This document shows positions 1 to 13,699 of a stretch of DNA of 64,000 nucleotides, one piece after another. The notes under the pieces were generated by a model. It saw only the letters and a program-made list of their open reading frames with translations, made no database searches and was not told where the DNA came from. The first letter of the stretch is position 1. Every line of letters starts with the position of its first letter. The stretch spans positions 52,330,001 through 52,394,000 of the forward strand of contig NC_045697.1 of assembly GCF_009834535.1 (NCBI RefSeq). Reading direction: 5' to 3'. Made by a program: the position numbers and the translations under genes. Source of the DNA: Camelus ferus (taxonomy: Eukaryota).

Positions 1-380
1 TTTAAAAATAGCTAACGTCATGTGCACTTGTGTCTACTGCGTGTCAGGCACTGGGCTCTCCACTCTATATTCACTATTGATGCTCAGAATAAAAACAAAG
101 ATACCTCCCTCGTTTTGCTGATGAGTTAAATGGGGTGCTTGGGGAGGTTCACTGATCAGCACGAACCAGAGCCAGGATCTGAACTCAGCTGTCTGACTCC
201 AAGGTCCAGCCGAGGCAAACACAGCCATGGGAACCTTAAATTACAGCTGACCCAAGTGGTTAGGTCAAAGCTGGAAAATAACTGGAACTACTTGTGAAAG
301 ACACATGTGTCGTCAACATCCCCATAACTACACGACACGGGTGTGACCTCATGGGTAGGTGCAATTAAAATAACCCCTAC

Positions 381-554
381 CATGACCGGAAAAATGATAG
401 CAGCCACAGTCGACTTGAGGATCCAGAGCAGGGCGAGACACAACACCTGCAGGAAAGTGAACAGGTGGACTCTGCGCAGCGGCACGTGGCGCAGGTAGAT
501 GAAGTCTGGCTGATGCTTCAGGGGCATCAGAAGCAGCTTGAGACGATCCATGAA
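381..554 (-). CDS. SLC4A4: SLC4A4 174-nt coding exon: [58 protein letters not shown]
   Basis: Overlaps ORF 288..551; acceptor CCCCAG, donor ATG|GTAGGG; 58 codons. Confidence 0.97.
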
Positions 555-2850
555 CTGGGGAGGAAAGGGGAGCAGAGCACAAGTACATTACTTCAAGAGC
601 TGATGCACCAAGTCACTTCTTTAGTCTAATGAACCACTGGTGATTTGTCATCCAGCATTCAGGCAAGTGGTGCCCCTTTTAGAGGGCACTGGGCGGGGAG
701 TCAGAAATACAGTCTAACACAGTAAGACATAGCACAAGTCTTCCAACTTCTGTTACTACTTTGGCAGGAATGCTATGCAGTTATATGAGATAAAGTGGCC
801 ACTGAAGAATAAGGTCTCAGCTAGTAATGAGATGCTGAAGGAAGACATCTGACTCATGTGTCTAACTGGGCCTCGATTGCCTTATCTAGAAGAAGAGGAG
901 ATATGATGTATCATTTATATTTCAAGGATGTTTCAAAGGAAGCATCTGACTTGAAAATGGGAACGCACTGGTATTTTCATAAATTCCACATTATTTATCT
1001 ATGGCATAACTCAACAAATACATTCAGCGATGAATTACCATTTCTTTTCCAAGAAAAGCCACATGAACATTGCAGTGAGTTTCAGAGTGTCAACAACTAG
1101 ATACCTGAATCTAGGAGAGGCTATTGCACCATCATCTATAAACAGATACTGGAATGACTGTCAAGCACCTACGTGCCAGGTACTGTGCTTCAAAGAGTAA
1201 CTGCGGGCTTTATATCAATGATGCTGATAAGGATGATACTTAAGTACTTATCAGAAGACCCTTCAGATGGAAGATGCTCAGTAAACAGCTGTTGAATTGA
1301 ATAATTACATAGTAAGGACTCTAAATAATATCTCTACTTTCCTTCTGAAGAGAAGGGAGAAAAGGAAAAGTAACTAGACTGCCAGTGGCTGTCTTCTCTG
1401 GAGTGACTTCCTGTCTAACAAGTTTCCCTTCTCCCTCCAGAACTCCTGGTAGGAGCACTCCCATTTATAGAGACTAGGGTAACAATTATTTTTGCTAAAT
1501 CACATCTTGCCAGAAAGATCTAAAAGAGGGAGAGTCAAGAGAAAAGTGAAGAGAAAAGGTGACAGGGCGACACCACTGCGGAATTTAAGAAATCCACTAG
1601 CTGTCCCTTCGGCAAGGGAGTTTTTTCCCCTCATTATTACGAAACCATTGATTTTTTTCCTTTATTTTAACAAATGTGTACTGACCTCCAACCATCATTT
1701 ACCCACCTACAACATACAAAATCAACCTTCTGTTCTAGACTGACTTATAAAACAAAAATAAGAACTATTAGTTTGGGGGCCATATTTGTTTCATATTTTT
1801 CCATTTAAAGAAATAAAGAATATTTACAATCTCAGGTTAAAAATAAAATATTTTTACACTTATACTTCCCCAAAGTTTCATGGGCACAAATAAACCCATA
1901 TTCACATTCATCTAGTCCAATCTATGAAGAACCACCTTGTATTTTATAATAAACATCCAAGTGATGAAGCACTCAACTCAATGGACCTAAACAAGGAACA
2001 ATAAAATAGCCTTTTCTCTTTTGGGGGTCTGGCCACTTGCCCACCTCTATCTGACTCTAAAACCAAATTAATCTAAATTCAATAAATGAAAGCAAGGACT
2101 ATTATGAAGGAGTTTAAATAAATTCTTACAATGCTCACAGAACATGCAGTCTTTTCCCATTAAAACATCACTAAGTGCTAAATAAGGATACAGTTAACAA
2201 GGTGCCAGAAAGCAGCAGAAGTACTTCCAGTTTCCTGGTGCCAATTAAATTAAACCTCAGTTGAAAGACAAAGTCCCTTACAAAGTTTTCCCTAATGAAT
2301 TTTTTTAGAGGGGGCCGGTTTTACCCGAGTTGGGAACAGCTGAAGTTTTTGACAAAAGTAGCACATACACCAACAGCACACTGACTGGATTCTTTTTTTT
2401 TTTAACTGGTGCAAAACTTTTGATTAATGATCTCAGCCGTGCAAAAAGCAAATCAAGTAAGAAGAGCCTGTTCTTAGTATAGGGTAAATGCAAATGGATA
2501 AACTGTCTCGAGCACACTGAGAAGGTTAGATTTCCTTCTTGGAAGGAAGGAAGGGAGGGAGGGAGGAAGAGATGGTGGAAGATCACAGATGACTCTCTCA
2601 CTTTCCTTGTCAAATACCCTTTAACAGCTTATTTCAAGGCTGGGTATGTATGATGACACTCGTTAACACAAGCTAACTTTGTCAATTAAATCAGAAATGA
2701 AACGCAGGTGAATGAATGGTGGAGAAAGTAGAATAAAATGTATTTTAAAAACTCAGCAGTTATGGATTAGCCCTTTTCTTCAATGATCTCTTACTGGGCT
2801 GTTTTTTAGTACTACTAGAAATTATGCTTAGATTGAAATGGAAGACTTAC

Positions 2851-2919
2851 CTGCACACCATTAAGAGATGCTACCCCCATATACAGGAACACGCCATAGA
2901 GTACAGGCATGGGAATAAA
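2851..2919 (-). CDS. SLC4A4: SLC4A4 69-nt coding exon: [23 protein letters not shown]
   Basis: Found by hand. Acceptor TCCTAG, donor [26 protein letters not shown]4 signature. Confidence 0.96.
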
Positions 2920-5286
2920 CTAGGAAATTGAAAAAAAATTGGAGAAAGGTTAAAAACAATATTAATAAGAGCAGTAAGAGAGAGGGATAGTTTAAATAAA
3001 GGCTAAATGTCAAACTAAAAGATACACTTGATTATACAGTGACCTCCAATTAGTGTTCTCTACTCATCACTGATAAACTTCTAAACCCTTTGTACTAGAA
3101 AGACATAAAGGGGGATAAGGGAGACTTTCAATTTTTTTTTCTTTACAATTTGCATGCATGACCTCAAAAATAACTTTTTTTTCAATGGGAAAAGTTTGTT
3201 TCCCTTTCCCCTTAAAAGGAATGACCATGTAAACCAGTCGCTGGCAGGGACTGGGAGGGAGAAAGAGAGGTAGAGGGTTGCCTCACTCCTGAGACCAAAG
3301 TTCCTTCCCAAACATCTGTTGATTTTTTCCTAAATAATTTTCACCAAATGATGTATCAGCTTGGTGTATAAACGCCTCTTTCAATTAAGTGACCACCAAA
3401 TGACTGTCCCCTTTCTTCCTCTTGGGAATATTAAGAGGACTAACTAATGAGAACACTGCTAAAAAGGAGCCTGGAGCAGCTGGAAGCAATTAATTATATA
3501 CATGGATTAATACACATCTTTTAAAACTGAATTAATACATTTTCGTATGTTAATTAGCAAGAGTCTTATGCACTAATGCAAAGTGTTTCAACAATGGGAA
3601 GTTCCAGTATGATGATGGTAAGTTTTGTCCATTCCTAGACATTTGAAATGTCCCCAGTACTGAAGACCCCAAGCAAATCAGGGATGACTCTGTTTCTGGG
3701 AAGTCTTTTATCTGGACAAAAAAAAAAAAACGTTCTCAAGCTTGGATTTTGAAAAGAAGTTCAAGTTCAGGAGTTCTCAAAGCTCAAATACTAAAACCAC
3801 AATCAATTAAGTCCAATCTTACCAAATCTACACAAAGGAGGCTATTGTAGCCAGAAAACAGTATGACTTTAGAGTAATTTTTAAAGAACTATCACATGTA
3901 TTAAGAAACTGAAGCACAATTTCTATCAGCCTTTCCTTGTGATCACCTAAAACAGTTCTGCATCTCAGTGCCCTGAGCTCTACCAGAGAAACAGTAAATT
4001 CCCAAATGTGTCACAACCACCTCCAATTGTTATTGGCTAGCTTATAAAATAGTTAAATTTATATGGAATAAATATACTTATTTATATTAAACATTACATA
4101 CTGCTTCTAAAAAAGACTAACAATTTTAACAAAGCTCTAACTTGCTCTTGAGCTCAGAACCAATGTAAATGACACTGAAGGGGGTGGGAGGGACAGTGGG
4201 AGTGGCAGGGAGGCCATGTGCGCTATGATACTCAACGGTCACCACAAAGAGGCGAAAGCATCACGTTCAAGCCACTGGAGTTCAGATACATGCCTTTATT
4301 TCCTTTAGAATGTGTATGTTTCCACTCCTTATGATTCCTCTGTACAAATTTACCAAAAAGTACAAAATGAAACTCACCAAGGGACCATTTTACAGTTTTC
4401 ACTTATTTCTTAATTTTTAAAGTTTCTTCTATAGACAAGGCAACTTCCATGTTTCCTTACTCTATGATGATTTCTTATTTCATTTCTAATTTCTTGGGAA
4501 GACATGAAATGTGGAAGGTGAAAAAGAAGTGTAGTTCAGGGAAAACTAGTTAGAAATCACACAGTAGTTACTCTTCAATCTGAGTAAAGTGTTTTTCTGT
4601 CTTGAAAGACAGTAATCACAAAAATGATCCTGGTCCTTATCCCCACCCCTCACCTAAGCTTAGCTAAATGTTTTCTCTACTGTAGTTCTAATGCCAGAGA
4701 GATGGCACTCTGTGCCTTGCTGCCTAGATCTGTTCTCTCTGAGCTTAGGATGACAGATATTGCCAAATTTAACCACAAAATAAAACCAGACGGCAGCATT
4801 ACCCAGGAATGGGGTATGGGTGGGAAAAGAACTGCAGATATGTTTATGTTTTTAAAAAGTTATTCTTTGGCAAAAAGAGTACATATAAAAGAAGGCTATT
4901 CACTTGATTTTTAGCCAATTTCAATCTCATACAAATGTCTTATGAAATTCACCCTCTTCTTTATGATAGTATAGTGTCTCAATAAAAAATCTTCCAGTTT
5001 GGAAATCTGGATGAAATGTAACAGAATTACTGGATTAGAGGATATTTTTTATTGGATTTCGTTCAGGAGTCATATCAGGTCAATCCTTAAAAATTCATCA
5101 TAACAGACATTTTCCCAAAGGAAGAAGAATGTATTTTAAAAACACAGGATCCCATTTTAAGTTAAACTAGGATAATATACATAGTAATGGCAGGTAGACA
5201 TTTTTATGAAGCCAGGCAGGAGAATTTAAAGCATAAAAAGCACAAGGTATACTAGGTACATAGGCTTATCAAGAATTGCAAAATGA

Positions 5287-5406
5287 GAACATGAAAATGA
5301 ATATATGTCTGTTCATGTATGACTGAAGCATTGTGCCGTATACCAGAAACGGACACAACATTGTAAACTGACTATACCTCAATTAAAAAATAAAAATAAA
5401 TAAATA
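5287..5406 (+). mobile_element. Severely 5'-truncated L1 3' end with A-rich tail and 16-bp target-site duplication
   Basis: Ends ACATTGTAAACTGACTATACCTCAA plus an A-rich tail, like the L1 end at ~49430; flanked by AAGAATTGCAAAATGA (5271-5286) and AAGAATTGCCAAATGA (5407-5422). Confidence 0.85.
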
Positions 5407-5787
5407 AAGAATTGCCAAATGACAAAATTACGCAAAAATTATTTAAGTAATCCAATGTGCCCAGAAAGCCAAAAAGCATAATTATAAATATTGCAATGCT
5501 TTTAATAAACATTAAAAATGAAAAAAATTAAGTGCTTGATCCTGCAACCAGATAGAATCACGAAATTGAGGTCATTGAAGATTTAACATATTCAAACTAT
5601 GTTACCAAATTTTTCAAATTCTGGTGAATATAGTTCCATTCTTTTTCCACTTAATCCCTCCCTTTGATTTTCTGATAGTGTTAGAATATCCTCACAGGAG
5701 AAAAGTGTAAGAAGGGTAAATTTAACCTAAAAAAGGTAGACTGTAGTTGTCCACCAGAGTGAGGTCTTCCAGTAGAATCATAGTCAA

Positions 5788-5825
5788 TGTGTGTCTGTGT
5801 GTTTCTGTGTGTGTGTGTGTCTGTG
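5788..5825. repeat. Imperfect (TG)n microsatellite
   Basis: TGTGTGTCTGTGTGTTTCTGTGTGTGTGTGTGTCTGTG seen directly. Confidence 0.9.
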
Positions 5826-5849
5826 CATATAAAACCCAGAATGAGGTCC

Positions 5850-6060
5850 TGATTAAGAGCATGGGCATAGAAGTTAGACACACCTGGGTTCCAACTCTGG
5901 TTCTGCATATTGTGGAGCCCAAAGGAAATATCGACTTCCCTACCCTCAGTCTTCTCATAGTGCTTATGACAAAGATTACAGGGCACAAGCACTCAGTTCA
6001 GGGCCTGGCTCATAAAAGATACTCACTCAATGATACATGGTGCGGCACTGATGTCATTAT
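5850..6060 (+). mobile_element. MIR SINE remnant
   Basis: TAAGAGCATGGGC...CCTGGGTTCCAACTCTGG...CCTCAGTCTTCTCAT resembles the MIR consensus (recalled). Confidence 0.6.
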
Positions 6061-6494
6061 TATCATCAGGACCTCTAGTGGCAGGCAAGTCAAGAAGACT
6101 ACAGGTGCACAGCACAACTTTCTCTGGCCCATCTGTGGGGGGCTTGGGGGGGTGGCAGTTTAGGCCAGGAGGGTGCTACAAAGGTCATACCTGAAGGCTT
6201 AGTTTTATTTAGGCTCTACAATATTGCCCTTTCAACTATGAGAATAATAGTCTAAAGCCCTTAAGCCTTAAAAATCAGCACCGGGAAGCTGCTGACTTGC
6301 AATCTGGTCCCTGCTTGTTGAAGAAACTGTGGAGCTCATCAAGGTATGATGAGTCTGTGAAAATGCCGTATTTCTCGCTACGTAAGAGAACTGGATATTA
6401 GATCAAAGAAGCTGGGGAAGATCATCACATGGGAAATAAAAGTGATTAAGTTCATTAAGGGCAAATGCTCTTTTATTCTAAAAGGTGGTAAACC

Positions 6495-6720
6495 ATGATG
6501 GCTGATCAGGCTTTGGGGTCAGAACTGCCTGGGTTCGAATTTTGGCTCAACCATTTAAGAACTCTGTAACCTGGCAAGTTACTCATCAATTTTTTATCTG
6601 TAAAATAGGTATTAATCATAAGTATGTTTTTGTAGGTGTTTTTGGAGTACTAAATTTTAAAAACCTGTGTAAAGCTCTTGGTCCAATGCCAAGCTCAATA
6701 AATAGGAGCTACTGTTCCAT
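6495..6720 (+). mobile_element. MIR SINE remnant
   Basis: GGCTTTGGGGTCAGAACTGCCTGGGTTCGAAT...GGCAAGTTACT...ATCTGTAAAATAGG, MIR core. Confidence 0.75.
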
Positions 6721-9700
6721 CATCTTCATCACCATCATCACCTTCATTACCATGTCTCCTTGTTTCCCTGTTACTGACCAGAGGGGGTGGCATACAGCAG
6801 GAGCTCAAGAAACATTTGTCAAATTTACAAATTAAAGGCTATCTTCCACATTTTAGAACACTGAACAAATCTGAAAGATAAATGTTGTCCATTCCTGATG
6901 TTAAAGATAAACTAATTCAAGCAGAGGCAACAGACGTGGCAGTGAATTCTTCTTGATCTTTGTTTCTTTAGGCTTGCCAGAAGAATGGAAAAAGCAAGCT
7001 CCAGGAACTGCCTTTCATCTTTTTTGCTGCCCTTTAGTTTCCCCGAGTCCCCCCATACAGAACACAAGCTTAACAGGCAATGTTTCCACTGCAGAAACAC
7101 AGATCTAAACTGTTGAGCCAGCCTGGGAAACCAGCTAGACCCGCTTCCCAACAGGGCTGTACTGAATCAACGGTGAGATCTGAGGCATGCCTGACTGTCG
7201 CTGGCCAAGGTCGAGGGATATCCTCCTGAACTTGAAACTAGTACACCATAATTCCTTACATTCTTCCCTGTAAAAAGACAGATTTCGGCAGGGAGACCAA
7301 GACAGAGGTCATAAACACCACGTTCAAAGCAAGTCTGCCTAAGTAGGCATAGGGAACAACGATCTGCACTTCTCACTACACGGGAGAAAATGGTTAGCTA
7401 GCATCATCAGAAGCCACCAAATGGGGAGGGATGCAGGAGTTGGGAGGGAAGGTATTGAACTGTTTCATTTAAAAAAGTCACACGTTTCTCTTGATCCCAT
7501 TTGTTTGATCTGTCTTTCAAAGGTAGCTCTTTTTAGTAAAGCTATTCCCAAAAGGTGTCATCTGTTTCTTTAAAACACACATAGGCACAGAGTGGAGGGA
7601 ACAAAGTTCCCGCCTCCAAGGTAACTGCTGACACCACTTTCCGTGCGAATTCTGAGATTAATTGTTAATCTTGACTTTAGCTCAGTTGTGACTTAGGTTT
7701 TCATTAAACTGTACCCTCAACATCTGCTTCTTCCTGTTCTGACTTTTCAAATGAGCTAACAAGGGTTCTGCAGTGAATGCACATCACCCAAGTTCATTAG
7801 TGAATACCAAGTTCCATGCTAAAAAGGGCACATGGTCTCAAATTGGCTGACTTTTTCAGATATGATTCCTAAAGTTAGGAATAGCGTCACTCACCGAAGC
7901 AAGGAACAACAATCGTCAATGCTAGACTGCTTCATCCTTGTTGCTTTCAAATCTACATTTCCCACAATACGTTGGAAACTACATTAACAAAGCAATTTCA
8001 TTTCCTACATTTGAGGCAAAACCTTGCCTAGCAAAAATGTCTGCCAAACGCCCTTTTTCACTGCTTCTTACGATGCACACTGACTTTCTGCACTGACCCA
8101 AAGCTGCCAGGTGGAAACAGCCACAATTATGGACCCTGGTAACTGAGTGATGAGGGCCAGCACATGACAACTTAAGGAAGGTCAAAGGAAAACCAAGCTC
8201 ACGCTCACTGACCCCTTACAACTGTCTCTCTCCTTTCTCTGTATTGTAGTCTGTTCCTGTAGATACTAACGAGCTTTGTATATCGGGGCAAAAAGAATCC
8301 CCGTAAAATGAAGAACAAAAGTGCTTTCAGCTTTAACTCCTCTGCAGCCATATTTGGGTGAGAAAAGAGTTGGGAAGAGGCCTTGCCTCTCTTCCTAAAA
8401 ATAGAAGTTTATACAGTGGCTGTTCTCTGTGTCCCTTTGGAATCACGCATGATTACTCAGCTGACAGATTCTCCAAGATTAAAGCCAACTTGCTGTAACA
8501 AACCAAGAAAAAAAGAATTTTTAAACATATCTGGCTTTTTTGAATTAGGATTTTATACTGTACTAGTGAAAAGAAAATAACCCAATAATAAAAGGGAAAA
8601 AAAGGTGGATGGTGATGAGTACATGTGAACTGATGGGGAGATTTCTATGTATCCCTTACTAGTGGCTCCGCACTAAGAGATCCTGTAAAAGAAACCCTGC
8701 AGTTGTGTCATGTGAGTCCACCTTCAGGGGTCCCAGGGGCAAATTCCTTCCTAGTAGAGCCTCCCACAACATGAGGTCATGATTACCTACAATGACCTCT
8801 CTAAAAGTTGGTCTGTCCAGACGAGGTCCCATTGCGTACGCTGTCAAAAGCTGTCATCAGACTTTTCCACCAGCTGATGGGCTGGTGTCTATGAGGCAAC
8901 AGAGGAACACAGAGCATTTTGGCAGGGGATCTGATGCTATGAAATTCACAACAATTTTAAACCTACCCTACAACTTGCTCTGCACTGGCAAAAGTGACAA
9001 TAGATTTCCCTCTGTCCCCACAGAACATAAAATCTATTCCTTTTTAAGGTCCTCTGTATGAACCAGAGACAAATTCCTGCGGTAACGTTTCATTTTACTT
9101 CCCTATGTGTTACATGAGGTGCGTATTTCTTCATAATTCTGGTCAGAAATTAATTAAACCAGTGAATTGGCATTGTGGAAAGTGAGGACAGAAGCTGAAC
9201 ATTTAAATCTTTTAACTGTTTACAAAGTCTTTTGTGCATAATGTGTACTCTTAAGGCAAAGTCAGTCCTAGCTAGAAGTTAAGAAATTACACTTCTACTT
9301 TCCACAAATTCATCTGACTGGCAATTGACATACAAATGTGTTAACTGAAAAGAAATGAAGGGCTTTTGCCTTTCACTGTATTTTTCGCATTGTTTGAATT
9401 TTTTCCAAGAATGTACTGCTCCATTACTTGTGTAATTAAACAAGCATTTTGAAAATCTTCTAAAAAATTAGAATGGTTTAAAAATACACATTTTCAGAGA
9501 AAAATTTGGAAGGATATTGCTAACATTTGTTGTTTATAGCTGTTAGGTCTGTATGAGATTCATGCTTTGTACCATGGGGCAAAGCAGAAGATACAAATTA
9601 TCAATAATTGGCTAGTATTGTTTATATCAGAAAAAAATAATAAAACATTTGCCACAAGAGAAAATTGGAAGCTTCATGGCAGATAGACATTAACCTTTTT

Positions 9701-10117
9701 TAGTCCTATCTCTACTTCTCAATAGGCTTTCATATATGATTTATATTTATCTATTAAACAGATATTCACCCTCTCAATCAAACCTATATATTGACTCCTA
9801 ACTTTTTAAATAATCTATCATTTTTCTTCTTCAAAAGTTCATTTCTAAAGTTTTCTAGTTCTAAGTCAGTAATTTCACTCTCTTTTCTCTGTGAACATGA
9901 GGCCTTCTGATGCAAAGAAGAGAGAAACACAGTCAACAATACTTAAGAATAACAGAACAATGACAAAATGATTGCCCTGAGTCATTCGCATTATCCAGGA
10001 GTCTAACGTGGGGACGGAGGACAGGATGCAGGGACAGGTAAATGCGAAGTGATGGGAAAAAAGGATGTAGGGAGACAAGGAGAGCAAAAAAGGTAGTGGA
10101 AAGTGCAGATCAGTTAG

Positions 10118-10196
10118 TTATATTGAACTGTATGAAACTGCCATATGCATAGGTCAAAAAATTGGAATACTGGTAATTTAATATGGTTCAACCAAA
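10118..10196. mobile_element. MADE2-like mariner-derived miniature inverted-repeat element
   Basis: About 80 bp with degenerate terminal inverted repeats TTGAACTGTATGAAACTGCC / GGTAATTTAATATGGTTCAA and an internal TAGGTCAAAAA, as in the recalled MADE2 consensus. Confidence 0.7.
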
Positions 10197-10203
10197 TAAC
10201 TGC

Positions 10204-10277
10204 AATAATAATAATAATAGTAGTAGTAGTAATAAAAATAATGATACTACTAATAATAGTAATAGTAATAATAATAG
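10204..10277. repeat. Compound (AAT)n/(AGT)n trinucleotide repeat
   Basis: AATAATAATAATAATAGTAGTAGTAGTAAT... seen directly. Confidence 0.9.
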
Positions 10278-10473
10278 AAGGGGTAAAGGAATAAGAAGGA
10301 AAGGAAGACACATTTTTTAAACGCCTTCATTCTACCTAACTCCTGCTTCATATAGTGTGTTGTGGAAGTGGCTGAGAATCTCAGACAGTTCTTAAGGAAG
10401 TCTGCTCTTCACACACCCAATGATCTGCCAGTGCTCTGAGAAGGAAAAAGAGACGAGTATTTCACATATTTAC

Positions 10474-10546
10474 CTTCAAGATGGGAGCCATAAAAACTGA
10501 CAGACCAGTCAGAATAAACACAAGGGTTCCAGTGACTCTTTGTTCC
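10474..10546 (-). CDS. SLC4A4: SLC4A4 73-nt coding exon: (R)[24 protein letters not shown]
   Basis: Found by hand. Acceptor TTTCAG, donor AAG|GTAAAT; EQRVTG motif; phase 2 in, phase 0 out. Confidence 0.96.
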
Positions 10547-11696
10547 CTGAAACCAAATCAAAAGATTACCATTCTACCTCTTGTTTTCATAAACACGCTC
10601 TTGTCTTTTCACCTTCAAAAAAGACTATACGTTGACCGAATCAAGGCTTGGCTAAATCAGCAAAGGTGTGGACATATATGTAATTAATACCTCAAGGACA
10701 GCATATAGGCCTAACAGAACTATAAAATTCTCTTAACATTATTGCAGTATGTGATTTGAATTCATCAAGTAAAAAGTGATTCTGCTAAATCCTCTGTCCT
10801 TTTAGAATTAAGAGAGAAAACATCACTTGCTCTGGGCCCATCAATTACTGGCCTATGTAAAACACTTATTTTTAAACAACTTGTACTGTTGTGTAATTAC
10901 ACCTTCTTTCATGGGAGATGGTGATTACACTGTCCCACATGCTAATTAACAAAACAGCTCAGAAAAATTTCATAAGTGCAACAAATCCTATCAGTCTAAT
11001 TTCCAAATCTGCAACAACAAAAGTACTTTTTAACAAAAATGATTCCCATACACCACCCTTCTTCCCAGTCTCCAAGAAAGAATCACCCAGTGTTGTGGCG
11101 TGGGAAATGAAGGCTCTGTCGTGTGAGCTATTCACCCGAGCACTGAGGAGCAGAGTTTGCTGCAAAACATACACAACAGAGTATAAAGGTCTCTTAAGAG
11201 CCTTTCAGGGCTTCCCAGATTTAACAGCTGGAGGTCAAGGTTTCTCAGTGCTTATGGGACAGAAAATGAACTGGAAAATCAGACTTGCTTTCCTTTCATG
11301 GAATCTTGAAAGTCATAAGCAGACTCAAGAAAGTCTCAATAGAGCTGAAAAATTAAAGGGTTTGGTTTTTATATATGATGGTGACAGAGTGTATACCACA
11401 GCACCAAAATGCCCTGCAGGGACTGAAGAAAGTGAATGATCTGTTTGTGTTTTCACTTTGCATCTTTTAGCCTTCTGTTAATCAAAGGAGATGTATGTAA
11501 CGTAAGAAGGGAACTCAAGAAATTACTGAAGCCCCTCTTTCTAATGAAAACTCAGTCCTCTCTCGAAGAGCAAGTACAGGAAGAAATCATTCATCACCAG
11601 CCCGTTCTCCTTCCCGCCTGCCCACTTCCTGCTGAACCACGTGCAGATGTGTGCATAATGTGTTCTGTGGAGCCATCTTCCTCTGACTTAACCTAC

Positions 11697-11875
11697 CTCA
11701 CTCCGAGAAACTTCGGTTGTTCTCCAGGTGCTGAAGTCTCCGTCTCCATCTTCAAGCTGTCGATGTGAGCGATGGAGATGACAGTGGCAGCCACATACCA
11801 TGGAAGAGCCATGAAGGAGCACACCACCATGAGGATGGCCACCCAAAAGAGATCCAGGTGATACCCAGCTCCTTT
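11697..11875 (-). CDS. SLC4A4: SLC4A4 179-nt coding exon: [59 protein letters not shown](R)
   Basis: Inside ORF 11693..11884; acceptor CTGCAG, donor GAG|GTAGGT; GYHLDL and AATV motifs; phase 2 out. Confidence 0.97.
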
Positions 11876-13229
11876 CTGCAGCAAGAGGTAACAAAACCAT
11901 GTGGAGAGAGTACTCAGGTTGCTCTCCAGTCATATGTCCAGATGGGAGTTAAGATCATTGAAAGAAATCAACTCACTTTGCGTGATAAATATAACTATTA
12001 GAAGGTTAGCTCCTTGAATGAGGAAACTTCCCCTTCTTCATACTGTCCCTCTGACAATTCAATACAAAGCAACCACATGACATCTCCTCCAGCCTGATGT
12101 AAGTCTCAGCTCATTATTTGTTTATTGCTACTTATCCTCTCTGTGTCCAGTCATGTGATCAGAACCGTGGAGATATAGCTACCCTGAAGAGTTACTGAGA
12201 CCATTCAACACAGTAACTGAGGGAAAGTATTCTGTGCGAACTTAAATGGCGGTGCTGAGCTCAGTAAATGGTGATAGTAGCCAGAGCATATTAGTTGTTT
12301 TTAACAGAAGCACAACAAACACCTTAAAAGCTATGCCTTCTCTGTGTGACTTTTCAGCAGTTTGCTGTTCACCTAGGCTGGATTCAGTACACGCAGACGA
12401 ACGATCTGACAGCAACCTTAAGAAAGTACACAGAACACGGCTTCTTACCTTTCATGGTATATGCAAATAATCGTTTAACAATCTATTAAACATGATTATC
12501 AAGGTAATTATACTCCCTTAATGAGAAGAGGCTGATTTCAAACATTGTGGGATGCTCACAATAACATTTACTGACTGGAAGAGCAGACAACGTAACCAAA
12601 GGTCCAGCTCTTTTACTCACTAAATAAATATCGTTCAATGTATCCATAATGTTGTTCTATGGTTCTATTTCACCGCTCTGTTTATGAAGAAATCCAATGC
12701 CTAACACCCCTATGGAGTCTCAGAAAACAGAGCAGTCCATTTTCACAGCATGGGAGCAGCAGAGCTAAGAGCCAGCGTGGGACCAATCTGGGGGATGGAG
12801 AGGTCGGCTTTAAAGTCAGAACGGGCTTTACACTAGGAGCCGGGTGACTGCTATCATTCAGATCCTGTTACAGTTCCTCGGGCAGTGCTCTCTTCTAACT
12901 GACACGCCAGGATTCCACCCCTGGCTCGCATACATGGGTCTAATCATGTTCTCGGAGAACTCATCACAGGCAAGGGGAGCTGACACAAGAAAGAAAAGTG
13001 TATTTTTACTTAGTCCAGGTTTGACTAAGAGCATATATCTCCTTAAAAGACAAATGGGCTAATATATATTCATAAAACCAGTTCATTTCAGTACAAATGG
13101 TTTGAAGGCACAAGGGTTTGAACTGGGAGTGGGTTAAGGTTGGGGAAAGGAGGGCAGAGAGGAGGAGGGGCTGAGATCACCTGTTCAGGAGTGACTAATG
13201 AGGTGAATATCATGATGTATCTGAGGTCT

Positions 13230-13690
13230 CAGTCATTCGTTCTTTCAACAAATTCTGACTGCCGACCTGTTAACAGGTACAGGCTTAGGTGGTGTGACAC
13301 ATTTGCAGACATAACAGACAGATTCCTGTGCTCGTGGAGTTTCTATTCTACTGAGGGAGACAACAATAAACAACATAAATAAGTAAACTACACAGTATCT
13401 AAAATAGTAATAAGCACTACAGAGAGCTGTAAGAACTTGGGCCTGTATTCTGAGTATAGTTGGAAGCCACTGGAGGGTTTCAAATGGAAGAATGACATGA
13501 TTGGCTTAGTTCTAAACACCATGGCTGCTGCAGTAGGAACAGACTGAAGAGAACAGTGAGACCAGCTGGGAGGTTGCTGCCATGATCCATGCAAGAGATC
13601 GTGATGGTTAGAACCAGAGTGGTACCAATGAAGACGGCAGGAAGTGGGTGACTCCAGCTATACATTAAGGTGAAACCTACAGGATGTGCT
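13230..13690 (-). mobile_element. L2 LINE remnant
   Basis: Begins TCATTCGTTCTTTCAACAAAT (reverse of the L2 3' terminus), then CGTGGAGTTTCTATTCTA...GGAAGCCACTGGAGGGTTT. Confidence 0.65.
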
Positions 13691-13699
13691 CACTCCTGC

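Noticed and set aside
288..380. ORF continuation past IIFPVM as an alternative C-terminus
   Set aside because: Intronic read-through after the GTAGGG donor with no similarity to NBCe1.
7655..7670. HNF1-like near-palindrome GATTAATTGTTAATC
   Set aside because: Three mismatches to GTTAATNATTAAC in AT-rich DNA; not distinguishable from chance without ChIP or conservation data.
10918..11439. 173-aa + strand ORF
   Set aside because: No recognisable motif; lies antisense inside a 1.15-kb intron; compatible with a chance ORF.
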